Source: the human T2T-CHM13v2.0 reference genome, Homo sapiens
Reading direction: 5' to 3' (one strand)
Assembly: GCF_009914755.1 (NCBI RefSeq)
Contig: NC_060927.1
Length of the DNA stretch: 64,000 nucleotides
Shown here in pieces: positions 1-12,354 of the stretch (the first letter of the stretch is position 1; the number at the start of each line of letters is the position of its first letter). The position numbers were made by a program, and so were the translations under genes. The notes under the pieces were generated by a model. That model saw nothing but the letters and a program-made list of their open reading frames with translations, made no database searches and was not told the origin of the DNA.

Positions 1-1360
1 TCCAGGTTGGTGAATCCCCCCAGGCCCCAGATGGGTCTAGAGGTGCCATCTGGGGTCAGAGACTAGAGTCAAAATCCTTAGAAGTCTACCTGGTATTCTA
101 TTGTATTGTGGCTGAGCTGGCCATCAAGCCACAGGATGGCAGTCCTTCCCATTCTTCCCTCCTCTTTACAAAGGCAGAAAAGCTTCATCCTCTAGCTACC
201 ACCATTACAGGCCATGGGGAGTTCTACCAGACTGCCACTGATGTTCCCTTAAGACCCAAGGGCTCTTCAGTCAGCTTGTGGTGAATGCTGTCTTTCCTGG
301 GACCCACCCTTCAGAGCAATGGGCTCCCTTCTGGCCCAGGGTGGGTCCAGAATGCCATCCAAGAGTCAAGTCTTTGAATCGGGGACCCCAAGAGCCCCCC
401 TGGTGCTCTACTCCCCTGTGGTCAAGCTGGTACCTGAAGCCAGCAAGTTTCAGAGGCTCACCCAAGGCCTTCAACATAGTACCTGGGCATCACTGCTGGT
501 TATTCAGGACCCAAAGGCTCTTCAGTTAGCATGTGATCAATGCTGCCAGGACTGGGTTCTTCCCTTCAAGGCAGCAGATTCCTTTCTGCCCCAGGGTGTT
601 TCTGGAAATGTCATTTAGGAGCTAGGGCTTGGAACAGGGGCCTCATGACTCTGACCAGTGCCCTATTCTGCTGTGGGATCAAAGATACAAGACACAGTCC
701 CCTCCACTCTTCTCTCTCCTCTCCTCAAGTGAAAGGAAGGGCTCTCTTTTGGAGCCATGAGTTGTGCAGCCGGGGTTAGGGGAGGGGTGATGCCAGCACT
801 TTCTTAGCTATCCCTGCTGGTGTCTCAGTAGTCACATGCCCCCAAGTCCACCCAGTTCAGCACTACCACTCACCTAAGAGTTCAGTCCTTATGGCCTAGA
901 CAGCCTTTCAAATTTACTTAGAGACCCAGAGCCCTTTAGCCCATCATGGCAATTGACCTCTGGGGATTAGTGATTCCCCTCTGGCTAGGGCTGGTCCAAA
1001 TGCTTCCTCTGTGGGTGGATATAAGCTGAGTTTGGTTTGGTTTTTCTTTCTGGTCTAACAGACAGCCTTGAGTTCATCAATGCCTCACACTTGCTATGCT
1101 CTCCCTCTCCCCAGCACCCAGAAATACTCTCCACACCATGCTGCACTGCTGCGGATGAGGGAAGGATGGTGTCGGGGCTTCAAGACTGTTTTTCCTACCT
1201 CTTCAGTGCCTCTTTCAGTGATATGAAGTTAAAACCAGGTACTATGAGTGCTCACCTGATTTGTGGTTCTTATGGAGGTGCTTTGCTCGTGTATATAGTT
1301 GTTAACTTGGATTCCTTGCAAGTGGGACAATAGGTGGAGCCTTGTATTCTGCCATCTTGC
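1..1360 (-). mobile_element. Old LINE-1 5' UTR fragment (L1M/L1MA-type)
   Basis: Ends in GCCATCTTGC (minus strand GCAAGATGGC, the YY1 motif at L1 5' ends). Contains the block 'cagtgcctctttcagtgatatgaagttaaaaccaggtact' recalled from L1M 5' ends. Confidence 0.7.
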
Positions 1361-1362
1361 TT

Positions 1363-1455
1363 CCCATTTTATGATGAGAAATATGGTGGTTACAAAGGTT
1401 AAATAACTTGCCCAAGGTCACAATATCTGGTAGAGCCGGGCCTTAAACCCAGATG
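1363..1455 (-). mobile_element. MIR SINE fragment
   Basis: 'cccattttatgatgag...ggttaaataacttgcccaaggtcaca' matches the reverse complement of the MIR core. Confidence 0.75.
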
Positions 1456-1989
1456 GGTGTTGTAAAGTTACAGCTCTACCTCCTATAAGGATAATGTTAA
1501 GCTAAGTAGGCTCCTAAAATACTCATTAAATAAACATTCTGCAAAAGTTAGTTCTCTTCTCTTCTTTCTATGTTGTGTCTCCTATAACACTTTGGTCAGA
1601 AGTAAATGTCTAAAAAAAAGAGTCAAGAAAAAGTGGACTAGAAGATGGGGTGAAGGTGTAATGGGCAGGGAACTGGTACAAATCACTGGAGCCCGGAAGT
1701 CTGGAAAAGGACCCAGTGCAACTCCCATGTAAAGATTTTTAGCCTGTCTTCTACTGCTGAGGTCTTGAAAATAAGGTCTTCACAGGACCCAAACCTACTC
1801 ATGGTAACCCTGTCTATAAATATTGATTGATTTCCAGAAAACACTAATTTTTTTTAGAATGTATCTATGTATGTGTGTGTGTGTATATATATGTATATGG
1901 AATATAATAAATAATATCATATATAGTATTATATATTTATAAATTTGGATATCATATAGGAGTGGCCCTTTATTTTTTTAAACTCATTT

Positions 1990-2410
1990 ACAGTGGATTT
2001 GTTGTTCTGGCTGCCCAGTATACCCTTCCTGTATTGAGAATTCCCCATACCCTGGCACCTTGTGCTTAAGTGTGGTCATGTGGTCTCAGTACAACCTTAT
2101 AGGTTGTTGTAGTAGCACCTTATAGGTGTTCCTGCCAGAACTGAATCTTGAGAGGCTGGTCAGCTGGTGGTAATTTGCAGCAGAGTGGTAGCATAGAGAG
2201 CATGTCCAGGGCAGTGAAATGCAACAGCACCAGTGGAGAAGATTTAGAGGCAGCGATACCCATAGTGCTTGTAGCGCCCATGATGCTGTGCTGAGCAAAC
2301 AGATCCTGTGGTAGGATCATGGCTCTGCCTTGTTCCCCAGCTAATATACTTTTGATACATACCTTTTAGGCTTAAGTTTTCCAGAGTTGGTGTCTGTTTT
2401 TTTTAATGCC
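1990..2410 (+). mobile_element. Possible degenerate ERVL LTR (LTR33/LTR16-like)
   Basis: Start 'ttgttgttctggctgcccag' and end 'gcttaagttttccagagttggtgtctgtt' resemble LTR33/LTR16 termini. Confidence 0.35.
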
Positions 2411-3356
2411 CCAAATATCACATTGATTTTAGCAATTGTCAAAGCAAGGTTGGGATATCAAATAGCTATTCCAAATTGGACCTGGGTTTGGATATCATTT
2501 ATGGAAATAATGCTCTTTGCTCTCTAGATATATGGGCAGGAAGAAAACAGTCAGAATCAATAATCAAACCAGTTCTGACTGCTGGCTCTGTATGGCTGTT
2601 GGTTTCTTGGTTTATTTCTTATTTTATCTAAAGCCAGGTCACACTATCCAGGTGGAATGTTCATAAAAACCAAAGTGTGAACATTTTCTTTAAGGTCAAT
2701 GTAATTTACAGTCTGTCCAGAGAAGCTTTTAGAGATGTAGAATGTGACTGTAATCCACAATGCACTCTCATTACCCTTCCCTCCTATTAGAAATTGATTT
2801 TGGCACAGTTCCTTCAGGTGGAAAGTGACTCTGTCAGCAATTGCTGTTTCTCTTTTCACACGTTGGATTTCCCCCCCAACAAAAGTATTAAAGTCTCTTT
2901 AGTGTTCCTTTAGGAGAGATTAAATACAGTTATCACCAACATTTGGAGTTTCATATCTGCCTGCTATTTCTACTGTGCTTTGCTTTGTAGGCAATTAGCA
3001 ATCATGTGGAGTGGAAGATCTTTTCCTAAAATTACCTGAGCTTGGCTACTCTGTGTGCTGGTTAACCCTGAAGGAAAATGCTGCCAGCAAGGCATTTAGC
3101 CCTGGCTGTGGCTGACAGCATGTGTCTTCCTCTCTCCCTACCCCTGTGGATCTCCTTGTCACTTTAAGAACAGCTAACACTAACAGGGCCACCAAACTAT
3201 TTATGACACCTTGCAGCTTGACACTCAACAGGTCCAGAGAACATGGCCTTCTTCAATAGATAAGTTGCAGCTGACAAAGACGGTAGTCAGCTTATCTTTG
3301 TATGTGGCCAGTGGAGTTCCTGTAACCTTAGGGTATTGGGTAGTGCCTCTTAATAG

Positions 3357-3680
<324 letters not shown>

Positions 3681-3964
3681 TAATACAATGCTTTTTAACC
3701 TGTTTAAATTCATGCCCCTTTGGTTAAATGTGAAAATTCTGCCCCATATATTAAACACTACATCTTTCACAGGTTTCCAGACATCAAGTAGATATTAAGT
3801 TTAATTTTCTTTATACATATTATCCATTTTTAAAGTTTCCAAATATGAAAGCATATTGACTATGCTTTTGAAAAGTGCAGTAGGCTTTCCAGAGATTTGG
3901 GTCAACCTGACTAGGAAGGAGGCTCCTTATTAATAGTTACAGATTATGGCAAAACTGAAGAGGG

Positions 3965-4180
3965 GTGGATCCAACAGCCATTCTGAACCTTCTCCTCATT
4001 GCCATCCGCTTGAAACATTCACTAGCTCTTCCATATTTGCTTGCAGCGAGGGATGGCCATGTGACATCGTTGTTGTAGTAGTGAGATGCAAGTAGAAGTC
4101 TGCTGTTGAGGGGTTCTGGAAAACCTTTGCTTACCTAATAAAAAGGATAGACTTAGCTGGTTTCATCTCTTCATGCCTTC
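3965..4180 (+). mobile_element. LTR16-like ERVL LTR fragment
   Basis: 'ggatggccatgtgaca...gagatgcaagtagaagtctgctg...gcttacctaataaaaagg' resembles the LTR16 family core. Confidence 0.5.
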
Positions 4181-4559
4181 TTGACATACAGAAGTTTGCC
4201 ACCTTCAGCAACCTCAGTCTTTCAGTGTAAAATGATAATAACACCTAACTCATATTGCTGCAAAGGATATAAAGATAATATATTTGAGATGAGGGTATCT
4301 TTTAAAACTATTAACCTAATTTTTTGGCACCTGATATTTCCACATACCGTTTGTGCTCTTACTCCCCTCCCCCTCTCCTTTTATTTATGGTGCTATTCTA
4401 TAATTAGTACCGCAGGGACAAGATATATTGGTGAAAACAGATACACAAGGTGTCCCTTCTAGTCTAGTGGGGGTAGGGAAAGAAAGGACTCAGGACATAG
4501 ACTCGAGAACTCCTAATGATTCAAGATGTTTTCAAATTTGTAAAATCAGTTTTTTACTT

Positions 4560-6075
4560 TCACTTCCAGGAACATGGAGGAGACATATTTCCACCTATTT
4601 CTCTCCATAAGTATAAAAGACCATAAAAGACCATCTAGGGACTTCAGAACCCAAATAATGACACAATGGTGAGTTCCCTGGGTTTTCTTTTTTGCACTGT
4701 ATTTCCCAGACTTGGAGCTGAAGAAGTCAGCAACATAGAAACACCAATGGACACAAACAAACGTAGCCCAAATAAAAGCCTGTTCTCATTAACCAGTGGA
4801 CCAGGAAAAGGCAGCCTAGCAAGGCAGAAAACTTTTAGACGATAACTGTAATAATTTCTGTACTCCAGCCAAGCACCAAAGGAAAAAAATGCTGCTCCAC
4901 CCCACTTATGCCAACAAAGACCAAGTTATGAGCTTAAATGTCCACCCTCACCTAGCTGTGATGAACTGTCCCAACTCCCCTACTGGGGTGGTGCCAGAGA
5001 AGGCCAAGTAGAGAGTTGGGACTTTAATCTCCACTGGGTGATAACGAGACCCACCCTTCCACAGTGTCAGTGGAGACCATGTGGGAAGCCTGGACTTCTT
5101 CCCTAAACTATCAGTAATGAGGTGCTCCTCCATCATCCCAGTGGACTAGTATAGAGAAGGCCTAGCAGTAAGAAAGCCACCCTCTCAGCCACCTGCATGG
5201 CGTCAGCAGGGGCCATGTGGGGAATAGTAATAAGGTACTCCTACTCCTCCCAGCTAGGGAAGTCTCAGTAGAGAGGCCTTGTGGGAAGCTGGAACTTCTA
5301 ATCCCACCTAGCAGTAGCAAAGAATCCCTTATCCTGTCAAGTGCCCATGGAGGATGAGCGGGGAACCTACTCCTGGCAAAAATGAGATGCCCTTCCACCC
5401 CTTACCACCTTGCTGGAGCAGTGTGTCAGAAGTCAGCTAAAACAGAAGGTTCAGATAAGATAAAGATCATTTCAATAGAAACGATCAGGTTTCTGTTGAA
5501 AATCACTTGTCACATCAAGAACCAGGAAGATTTAAAATTGAATGAAAAAGACAGTCAATAGATGTCAATACCATGATGCCAGAAATTTTAGAATTATATG
5601 ACAAAGATTTTATAACAGCCATCATAAGTGTTTCAATGAGCCATTAATGAACATACTTGAAACAAAAGTTAAAAGTCTTAGAAAAGTAAAAAGAAAGTAT
5701 CAGCAAAGAAATAAAAGATATAAAGAAGAACCAAATGGAAATTTTAGAACTGAAAAATACAATAATGACACAATATGTGCTTTCCCGCTATGATCAGGAA
5801 CGAGACAAGGATCTCCACTCTCATCACTCTTATTCAACACAGTGATAGGCGTTTTAACCCAAGCAAAAAAGCAATAAAAGGAAATAGAAAGCATACATAT
5901 TAGAGAGGAGAAATAAAGCTGTCCCTGTTTGCAAATGACATGGTAGTCTATACAGCAAATCCCAAGTAATCTACATAAAAACTAATAAGTGAGTTTAGCA
6001 AACTTGTAGGATACAAGATGAACATACGAAAATGAATTTATTGCTATGTACTAGCAATGAACATGTGGCTACTGA
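4560..6075 (+). mobile_element. Old L1 (L1M/L1MC-like): 5'/ORF1 remnant joined to ORF2 remnant
   Basis: A-rich ORF1-like stretch (gaagaaccaaatggaaattttagaactgaaaaatacaata), then RT-region motifs (tcaggaacgagacaaggatctccactctcatcactcttattcaac; ctgtttgcaaatgacatg). Confidence 0.75.
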
Positions 6076-6690
6076 AAAATTGCAAAATAGTACAGAGTTT
6101 TTATATATTTTTCACCTATACTATCACAATTGTTAACATCTTGTGTAAACATAGAACAATGATCAGAACTGGGAAATTAACATTGGCACAATACCATTAA
6201 CCAAGGCTGGAGTGCAGTCGCGTGATCTTGGCTCACTGCAACCTCCGCCTCCAGGTTCAAGTGATTCTCCTGTCTCAGCTTCCCGAGTAGTCGGGGCTAT
6301 AGGCATGTGCTATCATGCCTGGCTAAATTTTGTGTATTTAGTAGAGATGGGGTTTTGCCATGTTGGCCAGGCTGGTCTCAAACTCCTGACCTCAGGTGAT
6401 CCGCCCCCCTCGGTCTCCCAAAGTGTTGGGATTACAGGCATGAGCTACCGTAGCGCCTGGCCTCCACTAATGTATTTTTTTTTTTTTTTGGTTTTTGTTG
6501 TTCCAGGATACTATTCAACATACCACATTGTATTTGATTGTCATTTCTCCCTGTTCTCTGACAGTCTCCAATTGTTCCTGGGTCTTTCTTTGTCTTTTGT
6601 ATGATCTTGACACCTCCAGAGATCAGTTATTTTATTGTATGTTCCTTATTATGAACCTGCCTAGGGCATTCTCCTGATTGGACTGAACTC
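6076..6690 (-). mobile_element. L1MC-type 3' end fragment interrupted by an Alu
   Basis: 'aaattgcaaaatagtacagag...gaaattaacattggcacaata' and 'ttccaggatactattcaacataccacattgtatttg' are typical reverse L1MC4/5 3' UTR sequence. Confidence 0.6.
6201..6462 (-). mobile_element. AluS lacking its poly(A) tail and 3' end
   Basis: Begins abruptly at ccaaggctggagtgcag with no T-tract. Otherwise a reverse Alu dimer ending cgcctggcc. Confidence 0.92.
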
Positions 6691-8331
6691 TTGCACGAAG
6701 AAGCTTTCTGAAAGCTTCCAACTTCTGAAATTCAGAAAGAATTCCTAGAGAAAGGAGGGGTGGGGAAGGAAAGTCAAGCTACTGCTGGTCCTGAAGAGGA
6801 GTCTTCTCCTTTTGAGTTTTTAGATATATCCCTGGGGAAAAGACCACAGAAGCACCAAATAGATTTGTGGAGCCCAAGAGCTAAAGGCCCATGTGCCTTT
6901 TTCCTGCATAAAGGCCCAGGAGGGCTAGAATTACCCAGAGAGGGATGGAAGTGGCTGTGAGGGGTGTATGAGGGAGTAGAGAAGGCACCATATGTGGCAC
7001 GGCAGGGCATGGCAGAGTAATTTTTTGTGTGCCAGGGACTGGGCACAGAAGCCACTAAGAAAGCTTGAGAGCTGGGAACAAGGAACATCTCCACAGTGAA
7101 CTCCCTAACAGATAGCTCAGGGGATCTCTCAGCTAGTGTGGACAGGAAACATCAAGGACATTACATAAGCTCCCCCTCATTCCGCCCCAGAATCTAGATG
7201 TAATCAAGAGGACAGAGAGATGCTCCAAATTTGCTTCCCACCTACCAGAATAGGGACTCTGCTCTGTATTAACCTATAAATAAAGTATGTTGCTTGTGCT
7301 CTTGAGCTATCATCTGGGATTCATACCTCCTAATAAATGCCACTGAATATTATGAATAAAGGTATATGTGCACAGGAGTGTGTGCATGAGTATGAGTGTG
7401 TATGTTTGTTCCAAGCAGAGATAGCAGCATTTTCCAAGGTCTGGAGATAAAATGAGAATGTGCATGTGGAGAACTACAAACCATTCATGGGAAAGTACAC
7501 AAATGGGCTGTTTTTTCAGGTCGGGTTCCCAATGATACCGTCTTTTTTCTATTACACAGTGACATGTGTGTAAGGCACCAAATCATGATGCTAGGAAAAA
7601 CATCTTGATATGTAATGCCATACCCACCATCTAGGTAATGGTACTGCATATCTTTGGTCCTTCCGCATGTGCCAGAGGGTGTGCTGCCATTAACCATGAA
7701 AGGAACCCTTCAGCATGTTTATGAGTGTGGATGAGAGGTATTGCCCCTTTTTCCTCCAGATGGTGAGCAGGTTGAAATGACAGCTCAGCCACTCCACCAC
7801 TAATAAAACTTCCTGACACTCTGTAGTCCTTTATGGACTATGACTCAGTTCAAATTGCTAGACTTACGGAATGTAGAATTTTAGGCCAAAGAGGTTCTGA
7901 GTGGGGCCAATTGCCTAAAGGTACAGATGGTGAGACTGAGGTGTAAAGAGGCAACGATGCCTTGCCTAAGTGTCCTCAGCAGGCCTGTGACTGAGTCTCT
8001 GGGGCTCCAGGTCCCCAGCCCAGTGTTTTCTGGCTACTTCACCGTGTTTCATGGCTCTCTGGAGTAGCCTCCTTTCAGGAAAGCACTACCTGCCCCTTTC
8101 GCTCACTCAACTTTCAAAACCCAGCTCAAATACCCGCTGAATTGACCTTCCCCATGGTAATTCTTATTTATTTGGCAATTAAATAAGTGTTGTCTAATGC
8201 CCTATCTTCTAAGGTTATTCTGTCACCTTAAATATTTTTTTTTCAAAAAAGACTTAAATTTTAAAGTCTTTATTATCTTTATTATCTTATTCAATAAAAC
8301 TATTAAATTTTTGAGGATAGGCATCATAATT

Positions 8332-8357
8332 TGTGTGTGTGTGTGTGTGTGTGTGTG
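8332..8357. repeat. (TG)13 microsatellite
   Basis: Read directly from the sequence. Confidence 0.95.
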
Positions 8358-8484
8358 TTCCCTCAACAGTACCAAGCACAGTGTCTTTTACTAGTAGGTT
8401 GCCTCTAGCAGGTAAATAATAAATATTAGTTGATTTGATACTGCTAGCACAAGTTCATTGCCGTGTGAAATGTGATGCAAAGGC

Positions 8485-8850
8485 AGTGTAAAGTTAATAA
8501 CATGGACTCAGGAATCAGCAGGCCTGGTTTTGACAAGTTGTGTGACTTTGGAAAAGTTGCTCAAGTTCTGAGCCTCAGTTTTCTCATCAGTGATGTGGGT
8601 TAATGACACTAATCTCTTACAGGATTGACAAGAGGATCACATGGGATTATATATACACATTTATATGTATATATAGCTATCTGTATATTACTAGATATAG
8701 TTATTATAGTAATATAGTAATAATTACTGTATTATATATTATAGTAATAACTATAACTATGTATAGTAATATATAGATATAGCATATGAAACCCACACAT
8801 ATATATGGCCACAGCTATAATCCTTCAGTTGATGGCAGCTATTACTACTA
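8485..8850 (+). mobile_element. MIR split by an AT-rich simple-repeat block (~8650-8805)
   Basis: MIR core 'tgtgactttggaaaagttgctcaagttctgagcctcagttttctcatc'. The MIR tail 'ggcagctattattact' resumes after the TA-rich block. Confidence 0.65.
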
Positions 8851-9633
8851 TTAACGTCATGAGTTGGAAATCAGGCCAATTAACTCCATCCATTGAGTTC
8901 TATAGGCTCAAACTAAATCTTCAACAAATATAGTCATCTCAACACCTGCAGAAGGGTTAGAGAGTCCAGGCAAAATCATGTGGGTAGGCACCCATGCAAA
9001 TTCTCACCCACTGTTATTCCACCATACTCCCACACTCATAAAACAGTAGCATATAACACGGGTGCCATGTACCATGGTGATGTGTATTTGATACACAAAA
9101 ATTATGTGAATTATGCATGTGTGTACATATGTGTATGTGCACACATTTGCAGGATAGTACTCTCCAAAAACAAAAACAAAAACAAACAAAACAAAACTCT
9201 TCCACCCCAGCCAACTCAAACAAGTAGTCCTCTTGCCCAATAGTTGTTAGCCATATTCTCTCCTTGCATAAATATAACCACTAGGAGGCGCCTTAATCCT
9301 TCTCTTTAGCAGCCTTTCTGCTCGTTAACACCAGGGAGTCAGATCTGAAAGTCTTTAAGTGAATCTTTCTCAACCCACTGCAGAGTGTGCAAATCATTTC
9401 CTCAGCTGATTCAGATGTATTTTGATGTGCTGGGAAACCTGAACATTCTCTCACGCTGTGGAGATTAATTACCTTGAAATATTCATTGGATTAAATGTAT
9501 TTAAACATGTACTGTTTAAAGCTCAGTGCTGCAAAATGCCATCCTCAAGATATATATTACGGGCATTAAATAATTAACTTTAGTGTGTGAGAGGAGAGGG
9601 GGAGGGAGAGGAAGAGGGAAGGTGGGGGGAGAG

Positions 9634-9635
<2 letters not shown>

Positions 9636-9671
<36 letters not shown>
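9636..9671. repeat. (GA)18 microsatellite preceded by a G/A-rich tract
   Basis: Read directly from the sequence. Confidence 0.95.
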
Positions 9672-9675
<4 letters not shown>

Positions 9676-9744
9676 CATGCTTATTTAGTGCTAGGCCAGT
9701 GGTGAGACTGAGAGCAACCAAATCTAAAGCTTTCCATAAATCAG

Positions 9745-9915
9745 CTAAATCCTGGCTTCACCTGTTACTAGAACTATGTGACCTTGGGCAAAATACTTCA
9801 TCTCTCTAAGCCTCCTCTGTAAAATGAGAATGACAGTATCTCAGAAGCATGAATTTTAGATACTAATACAGGGAAAGCACTGGGTATCCTGCTTAAGACA
9901 TAGTAGCACTCACAC
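9745..9915 (+). mobile_element. MIR
   Basis: 'tgtgaccttgggcaaaatacttcatctctctaagcctc...ctgtaaaatgagaatgacagta'. Confidence 0.75.
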
Positions 9916-10074
9916 AAAGCAAGACTCGGCTTCCTCTTCCTCTTCCTCTTCTTCTTCTCTCCTTTAGACCTAGATATGAGGACTTGATCTTGGCTCTGCC
10001 ATTCTCCTTCCTTCTCTGTGCCAAAGTGTTGTCGCTCAGCTCTGGGAACAGCAGCAGTCCATGCGTGTGAGGTG

Positions 10075-10300
10075 TACTGTCTCTAGAGACAAACTACCCA
10101 GGCCCATGGCCCAACTCCATCCAGCACGTACCAGCTGTGCGACCCTCAGCGCCTCAGCTCCTTTATCTGCAAAAGGGGATAATAACAGTACCTTGCCCCA
10201 CAGGGCTGCCGTGAGGGTCTAAGGAGTTACCATACATATAAATTCATGAGAACAGTACCTGCCACATAACCAGTGCTTTCCAGGGGTTGGCTATTATTAT
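10075..10300 (+). mobile_element. MIR
   Basis: 'gcctcagctcctttatctgcaaaaggggataataacagtacct...gaacagtacctgccacata'. Confidence 0.7.
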
Positions 10301-10696
10301 TTTAGGTTCAATTCAGTTTTCATGTGTATTCAACTCCTCAAACTGTATTTCTCCTCGTGCACCATCCTACTTGTCTCAGTGTCACGCTTAGTTCTTAAAT
10401 CTTTCAGCAGCTGTATGCTCTAAGCTTTAGCCTCCCCTCTTTCACTTACCCAAATTTACCTCTTCTTAGGATCCTGGTTTATGGCCTCTGTAGGAATTGA
10501 AGCAAACCAACTCATCTTAACATTGTACTAAGAGGCTACAGCTGAATATAAGCTCTAGTGGGGCAGAGGTGCTGTCTGCCTTATCCACTACCTATCCCTA
10601 GTACCTAGTAGGTCCCTGAACATAGAAAGTGCTCAATAAATACATTACGTGACTCTCTGGACTTTCAGAAACACAAAATATTCGTTGAAAGTAATG

Positions 10697-11024
<328 letters not shown>

Positions 11025-11087
11025 TCATCTGTGTCCTTCAGACCACAGTGGCTAGGAGACCTTCAACTTTACTTACACATGTGGCTA

Positions 11088-12045
11088 TTTTTTTTTTAAC
11101 TTTTTCTTTTGAAACAAATTTTGACTTACAGAAAAGGTGCAAAAAATGTACAGTGAGTACTCATATATGCATTGCTTGGCTTCCCTAAATGTTAAAGGAA
11201 CATCTTAAATAACCATAATACAGTGATCAAAACCATGAAATTAACATGGGTACTATTAGTGATGTTATGAGTGTTATTAATTACTATTAATCAAGCAACA
11301 GGCCTAATGTGAATTTCACCAGTTCTTTCATTGATTGGATCTCACATCGCATTCAGTTGCCATGTCTCCTTGGTCTCCTCTAATCTGTGACATTTCCTCA
11401 GTCTTTCCAGTCTTTCCTTGTCTTTTGTGACCCTGCCACTTTTAAATAAGGCAAGTCAGTTATATTGCAGAATAACTGTCAATCGGGGTTTGCTTGATGT
11501 TTTCTCACTATTGAATTGAGGTTATGCATTTTTGGCAGGCATACAACGGTGATATGACCTCAGTCTATGGATCAGGGAGTACATGATGTCAATAAGTCTT
11601 ATTACTGGTGATAATTAACCTTGATCATTTGGTGAAGGCAGTATCTGCTGGCTTTCTTCACTGTAAAATTACCATTTTTCTCTTCATAATTAGTGAATAT
11701 CTTGAAGGACGTATTTGACACTATGCAACTATTTTGTTTCTCCTCAAAATTTCTTATACTAATTTGAGCAGCCATTGGTAGATTTTTGCCTGTAATAATT
11801 ATTACTGTGGTGTTTGCCTAATGGTGACTTTTAAAAATATTTTCCCATTTCATCTACATTTATTAATTGGAATTCTTCTGTAAGTAAGAACTATCCCTTC
11901 TTCCCAATTTATTTTTGGAATTTTTATTTTTATATCAGTAAGGAATCGTGGATATTTATTTTATGAATTATAATGCAATACTTTTCTTGTTTACTTATTT
12001 CTCAATTCATTCCGGTTTTGGCCAATGGGGTTGCCTTCAATTTTA
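11088..12045 (-). mobile_element. L1MC-type 3' end
   Basis: Reverse 3' terminus 'tttgaaacaaattttgacttacagaaaaggtgcaaaaa', and 'aaccttgatcatttggtgaaggcagtatctgctggctttcttcactgtaaa'. Confidence 0.75.
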
Positions 12046-12354
12046 CTGTTGTGTTCTCTCATGGGCTCCTATCCTTTTTTGAGCCCTTCCCTAAGGCTGT
12101 ATTTGCTAACCATGTACATCACCTGGGCCTGTCCCCCATTATGCATGGTGGGTTGGTGGGGAAGTCCAAGGAGACAGACAACTGGTAGGCAGTGGTTGGG
12201 CTTTGAAGCCAGGTCTCCTGAATGCTTGTCCTGCTCTCTGCCAAGGCACCATTCTGCCTCTCCACACATCACAACTTTTATTTACCATGAAATTCACATA
12301 ATTCCTCCCTGCTCTGCTTCCCTGGGCTCAGCCAGTCACTGACAGGCTAGGAGG

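Noticed and set aside
2095-2126. CCTTATAGG as an SRF CArG box
   Set aside because: Only five A/T bases lie between CC and GG; a CArG box needs six.
6212-6604. Alu-derived ORFs (also 3405-3683, 44415-44946, 56644-56973)
   Set aside because: These are standard Alu translations ([17 protein letters not shown]) and are not evidence of coding genes.
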